A stretch of 64,000 nucleotides of DNA from Pseudomonadota bacterium (GCA_021802655.1 JAJZRP010000004.1:3288-67287); one strand, 5' to 3'. Shown: positions 1 to 9,776, numbered from the stretch's first letter. A program made the numbers and translations. Notes: generated by a model from the letters alone, not told the origin.

Positions 1-471
1 GACAGCCTGCCGCGGCATGTCTGCCCGGTATGCCATACCGTCCATTACCAGAACCCCAAGATCGTGGTGGGATGCATCCCGGAGATGGAGGGGCGCGTGC
101 TGCTCTGCAGACGCGCAATCGAACCCGGCCACGGCCTGTGGACGCTCCCCGCGGGATTCATGGAAAACTCGGAAGCAGCGGATGCGGGCGCCGCGCGGGA
201 AACGCTGGAAGAAGCCTGCGCCAGGGTGGAGATCGGCCCCCTTTACGCATTTTACAACCTGCCCGCCCTGAGCCAGGTTTACCTGATCTTCAGAGGAGAA
301 TTGACGGACAACGATTTCTGCGCCGGAGAGGAAACCCTGGAAGTCGGCCTTTTCTCGGAAAACGAGGTGCCCTGGAACAGCATCGCTTTCACGGTGGTCA
401 AGGAAACGTTGCAGCGTTATTTCGAGGACTTGAAGAACGGCAGTTTCCGCTTTCACTTCGCCACCCTCTGA
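1..471 (+). CDS. NUDIX hydrolase, 5'-partial (runs off the window start)
   Basis: Frame 1 is open from base 1 (DSLPRHVCPVCHTVHYQNPK..., a zinc-ribbon-like CxxC) and continues into listed ORF 64..471. A Nudix box is readable as GFMENSEAADAGAARETLEEACA. Stop TGA at 469-471. Confidence 0.8.
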   Translation, partial: DSLPRHVCPVCHTVHYQNPKIVVGCIPEMEGRVLLCRRAIEPGHGLWTLPAGFMENSEAADAGAARETLEEACARVEIGPLYAFYNLPALSQVYLIFRGELTDNDFCAGEETLEVGLFSENEVPWNSIAFTVVKETLQRYFEDLKNGSFRFHFATL

Positions 472-479
472 GGAGTCTC

Positions 480-878
480 ATGCCGAACCAACATCCTCTC
501 GTTCCGGGCACTTTCATCGTCGCCATCCTCAGCTACCTCCTGATGGTGGCCGCCTATTTCCTGCACCGCAAGCGCTACTTCCACATCCCGGCGATGGCAG
601 CCCTCATTGTTTTCGATCTGTCCCTCCCCTTCTATCTCTATTCGCATCGCCAATGGTGGCACCGCCTCATCGATCAGCAGGAAATCTTCTCTTCGCTGCT
701 GTGGATGCATGTCGGCATCCTGTTGACGATGTACGCGCTAGATGCGGCACAGGTCTTCACTGCAATGAAAATCGTCAAGGGCGACATGGAAGCGAGAATC
801 GCCCATCGCTCCCAGGGCAAGGTGCTGCTGGTAGTGCGTCTCTTCGCGATCCTGACAGGAATGCTGCTCGCCCCCTAA
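480..878 (+). CDS. small integral membrane protein (about 4 TM helices), function unknown
   Basis: ATG at 480 lies inside listed ORF 30..878; the upstream part of that ORF overlaps the NUDIX gene and is Arg/Gly-rich shadow. Hydrophobic helices: FIVAILSYLLMVAAYF, AMAALIVFDLSLPFYLY, LLWMHVGILLTMYAL, VLLVVRLFAILTGMLLA. Confidence 0.55.
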   Translation: MPNQHPLVPGTFIVAILSYLLMVAAYFLHRKRYFHIPAMAALIVFDLSLPFYLYSHRQWWHRLIDQQEIFSSLLWMHVGILLTMYALDAAQVFTAMKIVKGDMEARIAHRSQGKVLLVVRLFAILTGMLLAP

Positions 879-1301
879 GGAAGCCCTGAACAAGTCCTGC
901 TTCCTGTAGAATTGCACGTGAGCCAACGACCGATTCGATCTGCCATGAAACAGATGAGTGTTGCTGCAAGTGAGTACATCAAGAAACCGAAACAGACCAG
1001 GAAGGAACGGTTTCTGCAGGAGATGGAGGCGGTTGCTGGCGTGGACACTCTGCCGGATGAAACCACCATTCTCAATTTCCGGCACCTGCTGGAACGGTAC
1101 GGCTTATCGAAGCAGGTATTTGCCGAGGTTAACGGACTGCTCACCGAGCAGGGGCTGCTGTTACGGGAAGGCACCACCGTCGATGCCACTCTGATCGCCG
1201 CTCCGCCTTCCACCAAGAACCGGGAGGGCAAGCGCGATCCGGCGATGACGCAGACGAAGAAGGGCAACCAATGGTACTTCGGCATGAAGGCGCACATTGG
1301 C
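879..1301 (+). mobile_element. IS5-family insertion sequence remnant: left terminal inverted repeat plus an internally deleted, 3'-truncated transposase fragment
   Basis: GGAAGCCCTGAACAAGTCC at 879-897 resembles the IS5 left end as I recall it (GGAAGGTGCGAACAAGTCC). It is directly preceded by CTAA (875-878), the YTAR target typical of IS5. ORF 912..1361 carries transposase blocks [13 protein letters not shown], then a jump to [55 protein letters not shown]. Similarity stops near 1301, there is no DDE C-terminal half, and no right inverted repeat was found. Confidence 0.8.
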
Positions 1302-1357
1302 TTTCCTGAAGAATCACTTGAATTGATGAAACGAACCATTAGCGAAAGGAGGCCCCA

Positions 1358-2434
1358 TTGAACAATCTGTTCGAACCGATCCAGATCGGAGACCTGAACC
1401 TTCCCAACCGAATCGTGATGGCACCTTTGACCCGTTGCCGTGCCAGTGCCGGGCGTGTGCCCAATGACCTGATGGCCCAATACTATGCCCAGCGTGCCGG
1501 CGCAGGCCTGATCCTTTCTGAAGCGACCTCCGTTTCCCCCCAGGGAGTCGGATACCCGGACACACCCGGAATCTGGTCGAGCGAACAGGTGGCAGGCTGG
1601 AAGCTGGTGACCAGGGCCGTCCACGATGCCGGGGGGCGGATATTCCTGCAACTTTGGCATGTGGGGCGGGTTTCCCATCCGGACTATCTGGAAGGAAACT
1701 TGCCTGTCGCCCCGAGTGCAATCGCGCCCCGGGGACATGTCAGCTTGCTGCGCCCCCAGCGGGAGTATGTCACTCCGCGCGCCCTCGAACTTTCAGAAAT
1801 TCCGGGTATCGTCGAGGCTTACCGCACGGGTGCGGAGCACGCCAAACAGGCCGGGTTCGACGGGGTGGAGATTCACGGCGCCAACGGGTACCTGCTGGAT
1901 CAGTTCCTGCAGGACAGCACCAACAAGCGGAATGATGTCTATGGCGGCCCGATCGAAAATCGGGCCAGACTGATGCTGGAAGTGACCGACGCTATCATCT
2001 CGGTCTGGGGTGCGGGTCGCGTGGGAATGCATCTCGCGCCAAGGGGAGATGCGCATAGCATGGGCGACTCCGACCCCCTGTCCACTTTCGGATATGTCGC
2101 CGAAGCGCTCGGCAAACGGGGCATCGCCTTCATTTTCACCCGTGAATCCCTGGGGGATAACCGCATCAGCCCCGAGCTGAAAAAACGATTCGGCGGCGTT
2201 CTCATCGCAAACGAAGGCTTCGACAGGGAAACGGCCCGGCAGGTGGTTGCAGCGGGAGAAGCGGATGCAGTATCCTTCGGCAAGCTTTTCATTTCCAATC
2301 CGGATCTGCCGCATCGCCTGCAAATCGATGCGCCCCTGAACCCTTTCCACCCGGAGACCTTCTATGGATACGGCCTGCAGGATCCCAGGGTGGGCTATAC
2401 TGATTATCCTGCTTTGACGATGGAACCTGCCTGA
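1358..2434 (+). CDS. nemA: NADH:flavin oxidoreductase / N-ethylmaleimide reductase (Old Yellow Enzyme family)
   Basis: 358 aa, collinear with E. coli NemA as I recall it ([42 protein letters not shown]). TTG start at 1358 with GAAAGGAGG a few nt upstream. Confidence 0.85.
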   Translation: MNNLFEPIQIGDLNLPNRIVMAPLTRCRASAGRVPNDLMAQYYAQRAGAGLILSEATSVSPQGVGYPDTPGIWSSEQVAGWKLVTRAVHDAGGRIFLQLWHVGRVSHPDYLEGNLPVAPSAIAPRGHVSLLRPQREYVTPRALELSEIPGIVEAYRTGAEHAKQAGFDGVEIHGANGYLLDQFLQDSTNKRNDVYGGPIENRARLMLEVTDAIISVWGAGRVGMHLAPRGDAHSMGDSDPLSTFGYVAEALGKRGIAFIFTRESLGDNRISPELKKRFGGVLIANEGFDRETARQVVAAGEADAVSFGKLFISNPDLPHRLQIDAPLNPFHPETFYGYGLQDPRVGYTDYPALTMEPA

Positions 2435-2455
2435 CTTTGAATCGAGGAGAATTTC

Positions 2456-3223
2456 ATGTCCCGGGATAAATCCGGTCGTAACTCGCGCATCGCGATCGTC
2501 ACTGGCGCCTCTTCCGGCATCGGGGAGGCGACAGCGAGAAAATTCGTTGCAGAAGGCTATGCTGTGGTGGGCAATGCCCGCAATGCCGATAAACTCAAAG
2601 CGCTGGAACAGGAGCTGGGGCCCGCATTTTTCGGCGTGGCGGGGGATGCTGCCGACGAAACGGTGCTGGACAGTCTATTTTCTTCTGCAATCGGGCGCTT
2701 CGGACAGTCCCCGGACATTGTGGTGGCGAATGCCGGACGGGGCCTCGGCGGCTCGGTCAAGGATGCCGATTTGTCCAAATTCGAGGAAATACTCAAACTC
2801 AACGTGACAGGCACCCTGGCCCTGCTCCAACAAGCCGCCAGGAGAATGCTGGACGGCCTGACCTACCCGAAACAGGCCGCGGATATCGTGATCATCGGCT
2901 CGGTGGTGGGGAGACATGTTTCGCCCTTCAGCGCGGTTTATGGCGCTACCAAGTTCGCCGTCCATTCGCTGGCAGAAGGATTGCGCCGCGAAGTGGGGCC
3001 GAAAGGGATTCGCGTTTCCCTGGTCGAACCCGGCATCGTCATCAGCGGATTCCAGGATGGCGCAGGGTACGGCGAGGACCTCGTGCGGAATTTCGACGAA
3101 AGATTCGGCCCGCTGCTGGTCGGCGAGGATGTGGCGAATGCGATTCAATATATCGTGACGCAGCCCCCTCATGTCCACGTCAGCGACATCATGGTCAGGC
3201 CGACGCGTCAGGACTACCCATGA
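2456..3223 (+). CDS. short-chain dehydrogenase/reductase (SDR) family oxidoreductase
   Basis: 255 aa. TGASSGIG cofactor motif and YGATKFAV (YxxxK) catalytic motif. GAGGAGA Shine-Dalgarno before ATG 2456. Confidence 0.85.
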   Translation: MSRDKSGRNSRIAIVTGASSGIGEATARKFVAEGYAVVGNARNADKLKALEQELGPAFFGVAGDAADETVLDSLFSSAIGRFGQSPDIVVANAGRGLGGSVKDADLSKFEEILKLNVTGTLALLQQAARRMLDGLTYPKQAADIVIIGSVVGRHVSPFSAVYGATKFAVHSLAEGLRREVGPKGIRVSLVEPGIVISGFQDGAGYGEDLVRNFDERFGPLLVGEDVANAIQYIVTQPPHVHVSDIMVRPTRQDYP

Positions 3224-4109
3224 TTATTGTTTCTTGATCCTCAATTCGTACCCGATGCAAGGGTCGAGCGCCATCACCATCATTTCAGCTTTCGAACGCA
3301 AAAGGCGCTCATCCCTCGCGGGCAAGCCCGTGAGCCCCTGAAAAAGGGCGCCACGCGGATGGAAGTTCCATTCCGTCGGCGCCAGGATCCGGTAGCGCCT
3401 GACTGTATCCTTTTCGATCTCCACCCGATGCAGCAGCATGCCTCGCGAAACCCTCTTCCGAAGCAAGTCGTTCGGCGATCTCCACTGCCTGCGGCATGGG
3501 CGCCATACAGCCATTCCACGGCTCGTCGTTTTCGGACAGACGCCGCACCATCTGTGAAAGAAGGGAACCGGTATCGGCAGGGAGCGATTCCCACAGGCCG
3601 CTTCCGGAGGGGGCGCTTGTTCCGAAAACCTGTTCGCGAAGATGCTGCTCCAGCCTATCGGCGCATTCTTCCGGGAGTTCGTCAGGTGTTTCCTCAAACC
3701 CCGGCTTTCCAGTGACCGGCATCAGCCCGGATTCGAGCTGTTTCCGAAGCTCGAAATATGCATCCGGATCGCTTTTCATCCCGAGAATCCGCGGCCAATC
3801 CAGGTGGAAACGCCAAAGATGCTCCAAAGCCATCTCGACATGCACGAGCAAACTCCAGGTTCTCCTGATCGGATTGGCAATCGGGGCTCCCATTGCCTCC
3901 CTGCATGCCGCAGCCCCGGTGACAGTCTGGGCCTTGCCGCAAACGCTGTAGAGCAGGGGAATCATGGACAACGCTTCCTGCACCGACCTGCCCTGCAGCA
4001 CGCGGCATGCATCCACACGCCTGCTGGATTCGATGCTCACCTCGCGCACAACTCCATGCTTCAGCTTGAGTTCGATGGACAGGCGGCCTTCCGGGACAAG
4101 CACACTCAT
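3224..4109 (-). pseudogene. hupK: HupK/HoxV-like [NiFe]-hydrogenase large-subunit-like scaffold protein, split over two frames
   Basis: ORF 3309..4109 (LYSVCGKAQ..., ADTGSLL...) and ORF 3224..3697, whose tail reads ARGMLLHRVEIEKDTVRRYRILAPTEWNFHPRG...DPCIGYEL, together look like one large-subunit-like protein. The frames switch near 3440-3455. The total span of 886 nt is not a multiple of 3. ATGA overlap with hypC at 4106-4109. Confidence 0.5.
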
Positions 4110-4339
4110 GTTCGAGCGTCTGCAGCCAGAATTTCGTCCAGCAGCGCCCAGATCGACAGGGCTTCCTGTTCCGGGATTCTCCTCAAGGCATGGCCGAGAT
4201 GCACGACGACATAATCATCCACGGCAACCGACTCGTCCTCAAGCAGCAGCAAACTGACTTCCCGCATCTCGCCCCTTGCGGCGCATTTCGCCATCCGGCC
4301 ATCGACCGAAACGATCTGCATGGGAATTCCCAGACACAT
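4106..4339 (-). CDS. hypC: hydrogenase assembly chaperone HypC/HupF family
   Basis: 77 aa starting with the diagnostic MCLGIPMQIV N-terminus; typical length. Confidence 0.85.
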   Translation of the reverse strand: MCLGIPMQIVSVDGRMAKCAARGEMREVSLLLLEDESVAVDDYVVVHLGHALRRIPEQEALSIWALLDEILAADART

Positions 4340-4423
4340 GACGCATTACCCAAGATTGCAATTGAATTCCCCATATTCTAGTGCTAGTTTTAATTGAACA
4401 GGTAGAAAAAGAAAGCGAGAACC

Positions 4424-4765
4424 ATGACTGCCAGCAACACATTGATCCTCGGAATCGGCAACACCCTGTTGAGCGACGAAGGCGCTGGCGTTCACGCGGT
4501 TCGGATGCTGGCGGAAAGGCTGCAGGACCATGATTCAGTCGAGACGATGGATGGCGGAACGCTGAGCTTTGCGCTTGCCGAGGCCATGGAGGAATCGGCG
4601 CAACTGATCGTGATTGATGCCGCGCAGCTTGACGCGGGAGCCGGCACTACAAGGGTATTCGAGGGCGAAGCAATGGATGCCTTTGTCGGCGGCAGACGCA
4701 GCGTGCATGAGGTTTTCCCGCCATCAGATTGCCGGGTGTATGATATGAAAGGCTCTTTCGTTTAG
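4424..4765 (+). pseudogene. hupD: hydrogenase maturation endopeptidase (HupD/HyaD family), 3'-truncated remnant
   Basis: N-terminal 97 aa fit the family (LILGIGNTLLSDEGAGVHAV, DGGTLSF, LIVIDAA, SVHEV). The sequence then diverges into FPPSDCRVYDMKGSFV and stops at 113 aa, whereas family members are about 160-200 aa. Confidence 0.6.
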
Positions 4766-4792
4766 ACGGCGATGTTCATCCAAAGGTAAGTC

Positions 4793-7700
4793 ATGCCCGT
4801 TCGCCTCCCTTCCATCAAGACTCTGGCGATATCGCTTGTCGGCCTGTTTGTCGCCTATGCGCTTTTTGGCTGGCTGATATTTCCCCGCATGCTCGAATCC
4901 CAGGCAATACGCTATATCTCCGAAAAGACCGGACACCACCTGTCCCTTGACCGACCGGAGTTCAATCCCTTCACCCTCAGTCTGCGCATCTCCAATCTTC
5001 ATTTGCAGGAACCCGACGGCAAGCAGCTGCTTGGCTTTCAAAGGCTGACGGTAACATTCTCCGCAACAAGCATTTTTAGGCGCGCCCTGGTCTTCAATGC
5101 CATCCAGCTGGACGATCCTGAAGCGGCCATTGTCTTGAAACCTGACGGCCGGCTCAACTGGTCGGCGCTGCTCGATTCGCTCGATGGGAAAGCTGCCCAG
5201 GCGGCGCACCAGCATGATTCGCAGTTGCCTCGAATAAATATCCGGAACTTCGGCCTGAAGGGGGGGCGCATCGACTTCGCCGACGAAAAAACCGGCTTCG
5301 CCACCCGCATTTCCCCTGTGGATCTGGAGCTGAGAGACGTTTCCACATTTCCAAACGACAAGGGACGCTACCAGATTTCAGCACGCACATCATTCGGCGC
5401 GCGCGTGAAATGGCAAGGTCAGGCCATGCTCAACCCGTTGTCTGTCGATGGAAGCATGAGCGTGGAAAATCTCGACTTGGCACCCCTAACGCCCTATTTC
5501 AGGGACGTTCTGCCGAACGCGCCTCCCGCCGGAGTGGCTTCGATTTCGACTGACTACCATATATCCTACGCAGAAAATCAGCCCAACCTTGCCCTGAAAA
5601 ACCTCACAGGCAAACTCTCGAACTTCCGGATCAGCGTCGGTGGAAACCCTGTTTCGATCAAAACGATCGAGGCGAAAAATGGCCAATATGACCTGACCAG
5701 AGACAGGATCGCCCTGGACACGCTCGCTCTTTCCGGAGGCAAGGTTGCGCAACCCGGCTTAACTTCTCCCGAACTGCTGCAGCTTGGAAAATTGACGTTC
5801 ACGAATGCCAAAATAGACCTGTCCGGGAAGCGCATCACGCTCGACCGCATTGATTTCAAAAATGGCCGGCTCGATGCAGTGCGAAATGCCAAAAGCCGCA
5901 TCAATCTTCTCGACGCCCTGCACGCGGCAATGCCCGTGCCTGGCGTCAAACCGGAAAAGAAGCCGCATGCCGCGCCCTGGCGCTACCGGGTAAACAGGCT
6001 GGAACTTGCAAATTCTGCCGTCACATTCCGCGACGAGTCCGTGAAACCGGCTGCAGTCATCGCCTTGAATGATATCGCCCTGAGCGTGGAGGACATTGGC
6101 GACAACCTGTCCGCGCCCCTGCCTGTCCGGCTTTCTTTCCGCGCCGAAGATGGCGGCAGCTTCACAGCTTCGGGCCAGGTTGTTCCTGCCGGTCCCTCTG
6201 CAGACCTGCACCTCAAACTCGCGAACCTTGCCTTGAAGCCCGCGCAGCCCTATCTGGCTTCGGCAGCGAAGCTCAGGCTTGCCAGCGGACAACTCGACGC
6301 AGAAGGCCATGCCACGTATGGCAGGCAGGGGGCGGCTTACAAGGGCAGCTTCTCTCTGCGCAATGTGAGCATGCTGGAAGCCGACACCGGGGCTGTCTTC
6401 CTGGGCTGGAAATTTATCGGCAGCCGCAATCTGAAGGTTGCGCCCGCCGGACTGGACATTGGGGAGCTCGATGTCGACCATCTCGACACCAAACTCATCA
6501 TCAACAGGGACAAGACGGTCAACCTGTCCCATATTCTGCGAAACCCCAAACCGGCAGCGGCAGCAAAACCTGCGAAGAAATCTACGCCATTTCTGCTAAA
6601 CATCGATCGCATCAGGATCAGCCATGGTGAAATGAACTACGCCGATTATTCTCTCATCCTGCCCTTTGCTGCGCGCATCCACAAACTGCACGGCTATATC
6701 AACGGCCTGTCTTCAACCCCTGGCGCTTCCGGCCGGCTCGAACTGAATGGACAGGTGGACAGGTTTGGCCTCGCCCGTGCGATCGGCAGGATAGACCTCT
6801 TCGACCCCACCAATTTCACGGACATCAAGGTGATGTTCAGCAATGTCGACATGCCCAGATTGACGCCTTACTCGACGACTTTCGCCGGACGAAAGATAGA
6901 TGCCGGCAAACTCTCGCTGAACCTGGAATACAAGATCAAGAATCACCAGCTTGAGGGCAACAACCGGATCATCATCGACAACATCCAACTCGGCGAGCGG
7001 GTAGAAAGTCCGCAGGCGAAGGATCTTCCTCTTGATCTGGCCATTGCCATCCTGGAGGATTCCGATGGCCGCATCGATCTTGGCCTGCCCGTCTCTGGCA
7101 ACCTGGACGACCCGCAGTTCAGTTACGGCGGCATCATCTGGAAGGCAATCGTGAGCATTTTCGAAAAAATCGCCACCGCGCCATTCAGGGCATTGGGCGC
7201 CCTGTTTGGCGGCGGAGAGAAAATCGACAGCATCCACTTCGATCCCGGAGTTGCCAGGCTCTCCCCACCCGAGCATGAGAAAATCATCCGGCTCGCAGGC
7301 GTTCTCAACAAGCGCCCCGGCCTTGCGATGACGGTGCATGGCGTCTACTCCGGCGCCGACAGGATCGCACTGCAGGACCTGCAGCTCCGCAGGGAGGTGG
7401 CTGTCAAGGCAGGGGAGCACCTCGGAAACCATGGAAATCCCGGCCCCCTGCCCACCGGCTCGCCCAGGATTCAGGATGCTTTGGAAAGTCTGTTTTCGGA
7501 CCGAATCGGAAGCGGCGAACTGGCGTCCCTGAAGGAAGGTTTTCGCAAGGCCAATCCCGGACAACTGAAGGAAAGCGTTTCCGGAAGGATGATATCCGGC
7601 CTGTCCGGCCTTTTCCGGAAAAAGCGGACATTGAACGAGCACGATGTCGCGCAGTTGAAAGGAGCCGATTTCTACGCGGTCCTTTTCAGGCGCTTGCGTG

Positions 7701-7912
7701 ATCTGGAAGCGGTATCGGATGAAGGGCTCAAGTCGCTGGGCAAGGCGCGCGGCGAGAACATTTATGCTTCGTTGCAGGCGGCAGGCGCTCCGGCTGACCG
7801 CCTTCTGCTCGCCCCGCCTGAGAAGGTCGAGAGCGATGCGCAGGGCGTACCTGCAAAACTGGATCTGGGCGCAGTCCCCAAACCTGTTGCCACCTCTCCA
7901 GCCCTGAAGTGA
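4793..7912 (+). CDS. large DUF748 / AsmA-like envelope protein
   Basis: 1039 aa with an N-terminal TM anchor (LAISLVGLFVAYALFGWLIF). Repeated '...I.F.D' beta modules. C-terminal LGLPVSGNLDDPQFSYGGIIWKAI block typical of DUF748 proteins, from memory. Confidence 0.7.
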   Translation: MPVRLPSIKTLAISLVGLFVAYALFGWLIFPRMLESQAIRYISEKTGHHLSLDRPEFNPFTLSLRISNLHLQEPDGKQLLGFQRLTVTFSATSIFRRALVFNAIQLDDPEAAIVLKPDGRLNWSALLDSLDGKAAQAAHQHDSQLPRINIRNFGLKGGRIDFADEKTGFATRISPVDLELRDVSTFPNDKGRYQISARTSFGARVKWQGQAMLNPLSVDGSMSVENLDLAPLTPYFRDVLPNAPPAGVASISTDYHISYAENQPNLALKNLTGKLSNFRISVGGNPVSIKTIEAKNGQYDLTRDRIALDTLALSGGKVAQPGLTSPELLQLGKLTFTNAKIDLSGKRITLDRIDFKNGRLDAVRNAKSRINLLDALHAAMPVPGVKPEKKPHAAPWRYRVNRLELANSAVTFRDESVKPAAVIALNDIALSVEDIGDNLSAPLPVRLSFRAEDGGSFTASGQVVPAGPSADLHLKLANLALKPAQPYLASAAKLRLASGQLDAEGHATYGRQGAAYKGSFSLRNVSMLEADTGAVFLGWKFIGSRNLKVAPAGLDIGELDVDHLDTKLIINRDKTVNLSHILRNPKPAAAAKPAKKSTPFLLNIDRIRISHGEMNYADYSLILPFAARIHKLHGYINGLSSTPGASGRLELNGQVDRFGLARAIGRIDLFDPTNFTDIKVMFSNVDMPRLTPYSTTFAGRKIDAGKLSLNLEYKIKNHQLEGNNRIIIDNIQLGERVESPQAKDLPLDLAIAILEDSDGRIDLGLPVSGNLDDPQFSYGGIIWKAIVSIFEKIATAPFRALGALFGGGEKIDSIHFDPGVARLSPPEHEKIIRLAGVLNKRPGLAMTVHGVYSGADRIALQDLQLRREVAVKAGEHLGNHGNPGPLPTGSPRIQDALESLFSDRIGSGELASLKEGFRKANPGQLKESVSGRMISGLSGLFRKKRTLNEHDVAQLKGADFYAVLFRRLRDLEAVSDEGLKSLGKARGENIYASLQAAGAPADRLLLAPPEKVESDAQGVPAKLDLGAVPKPVATSPALK

Positions 7913-8260
7913 CCGAATCGCCGGCTAATCAAATCCATCTATTTCCTGAACCGAACGCGAAACCGCCATGTCCCAGGCAAGACCAGGCACCATTTTGCTA
8001 TGACCATTCCGAGTGCAATTTCCCCGGACCAGGCTGCCCCCAGCATGAATTCGACCTTCACCGTCTCGAAAGGGAATTCTGTTTTTCCGTCCCGGGTGCG
8101 GCTGAGCACGTCAGCTTCGAGCAAAGCCTGCACGTTGCCGTGAACGGCCTTCCACGTCGCGCCCCGCCCATCACCTTAGAAACTACATCAAGAAATCGAC
8201 CTTGCGCCCTGTTTTATCTGGACTCCCCGTCAGAAGCCTGATCAAAAATTCAATTAACTG

Positions 8261-8289
8261 TTGATTGCAAAGCATTTTATTGGTAGGCT
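8261..8289 (+). promoter_or_regulatory. possible sigma70 promoter for the bactofilin operon
   Basis: TTGATT (8261-8266), 17-nt spacer, TAGGCT (8284-8289), about 80 nt upstream of the bactofilin start. The -10 is weak. Confidence 0.25.
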
Positions 8290-8367
8290 TCGAATTCGCA
8301 CCAAGGCCGTATCCAGCAACCGAGCGCAATTCCGGCTTACGTCATCAGCATGCAAAGGAATATTGTG

Positions 8368-8817
8368 ATGTTTGGCATGAGCAAAAAAGCGGATCATGGA
8401 ATCCTGATCAAGAACCTGGAAACCATCATCGGCAAATCGGTACACATAGCAGGCGACATCCAGGTCAGCAACGGCATCCGCATAGACGGCCATCTGGATG
8501 GAAATATCACCCAGGAAGACGGGCATGTCGCCACCATCGCCATCGCCCAGGGCGCCAAAGTCCATGGCACCATCCGGGCGGGGCACGTCATCATCTCGGG
8601 TGAAATTAAGGGAAATATCTTTGCGGACCGAATCGAAGTCCTGCATACCGCCCATATCCACGGCGACCTCAAATACAAGTCGATCAGAATCGAGTCTGGG
8701 GCAAAAATCTTCGGACTTCTCAACCAGACCGAAGAGAAGCCGCATACCGAAGAAAAGGCAGCGCCTGGCAACCTGAACCTTCTGGTCTCCGACGGAAAAC
8801 TCAAGCAGCAATCCTGA
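8368..8817 (+). CDS. bactofilin (polymer-forming cytoskeletal protein)
   Basis: Beta-helical repeat pattern (G.I.I.G.v.G.I) across the core. Typical MFGMSKK start; ATG 8368 is preferred over 8350 because AAAGGA lies 9 nt upstream. Disordered charged tail. Confidence 0.8.
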   Translation: MFGMSKKADHGILIKNLETIIGKSVHIAGDIQVSNGIRIDGHLDGNITQEDGHVATIAIAQGAKVHGTIRAGHVIISGEIKGNIFADRIEVLHTAHIHGDLKYKSIRIESGAKIFGLLNQTEEKPHTEEKAAPGNLNLLVSDGKLKQQS

Positions 8818-8821
8818 GATC

Positions 8822-9742
8822 ATGCAGCTTATTTGGGTTTCCGGCCCGGTGGGGCGGATCAGAAGGATCAATCTGACATTGCGCAATCTGCTGACGATTG
8901 CCGCAATGTCAGTGCTTGCATGCGTTCTTCTCGGAGTATGCCTCGAATTCGCGGGATTCCGTTTCGCCATCGAATACGACCCGCAGCTTGCGCACAGGAT
9001 AGGCAACCTCTATTCCCAGGAAGAATTCAACAATCTGAAAAACCGGTACGAGAGCCGGATGAGCCAGGTTGAACAGGATTTGGCCGCTTTTCAGGATCGC
9101 CTGACCGTCCTCGACAATTTGAACAAGAAACTCAAGTTCATGGCGACCCCTCCCCCCCTCATCACCAAGAAAGGCGTTTCGAATGCCCAGGGAGGCCCTA
9201 TGTTGAACCTCGCCCCCAGAAGCAATCCCGACCTGATCGATTATCTTGGCGATGTTTACGAAAACGAAAATCTGCTGTTGAAATATACCGATACCTCGAT
9301 CGACTACTGGAAAAACGAAGTGCAGTGGTTGGAGGCGAAGCCGATTCTTTTTCCATTGCAGGGCAGCATTGCCATTTCCAGCCCATACGGCAAAAGGGTC
9401 GATCCCATCGCAGGCAGATTGGGATTCCATCCCGGCCTCGACTTTCAGGAAGCTATAGGCACAAGCGTTTTCTCCACCGCAAAAGGGATCGTCAAGAGTT
9501 CCGGATGGGACCCGGAATACGGCAACAACATCATCATCAACCATGGCGACGGGTATGAAACAAGGTATGCCCATCTCAGCCGTTTGCTCGTCAAGACCGG
9601 AGAAGCAGTAGGACAACACCAGTTGATCGGCCTGTCCGGGAACACGGGCAGATCAACCGGCCCCCATCTCCATTATGAAATCATCAAGGATGGACATTTC
9701 ATCAATCCGGAAACCATGCTGATTCAACTGGCACATAAATGA
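8822..9742 (+). CDS. M23 family (LytM-type) metallopeptidase with N-terminal TM anchor and coiled coil
   Basis: 306 aa. TM LLTIAAMSVLACVLLGVCL. LytM motifs HPGLDF and GNTGRSTGPHLHYEI. Begins 4 nt after the bactofilin stop. Confidence 0.85.
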   Translation: MQLIWVSGPVGRIRRINLTLRNLLTIAAMSVLACVLLGVCLEFAGFRFAIEYDPQLAHRIGNLYSQEEFNNLKNRYESRMSQVEQDLAAFQDRLTVLDNLNKKLKFMATPPPLITKKGVSNAQGGPMLNLAPRSNPDLIDYLGDVYENENLLLKYTDTSIDYWKNEVQWLEAKPILFPLQGSIAISSPYGKRVDPIAGRLGFHPGLDFQEAIGTSVFSTAKGIVKSSGWDPEYGNNIIINHGDGYETRYAHLSRLLVKTGEAVGQHQLIGLSGNTGRSTGPHLHYEIIKDGHFINPETMLIQLAHK

Positions 9743-9776
9743 GGCTCCCGAGCAGAGGCCTTATTGATTTGCCGAA

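Noticed and set aside
3227-3715. Plus-strand ORFs 3227..3715 and 3642..4214 across the hupK-like region.
   Set aside because: They are antisense shadows of the hupK-like frames, with no motifs.
7909-8241. Listed 110-aa plus-strand ORF immediately after the DUF748 gene.
   Set aside because: The translation (…PCPRQDQAPFCYDHSECNFPGPGCPQHEF…) is not protein-like and there are no start signals. It is treated as spacer or a decayed region.
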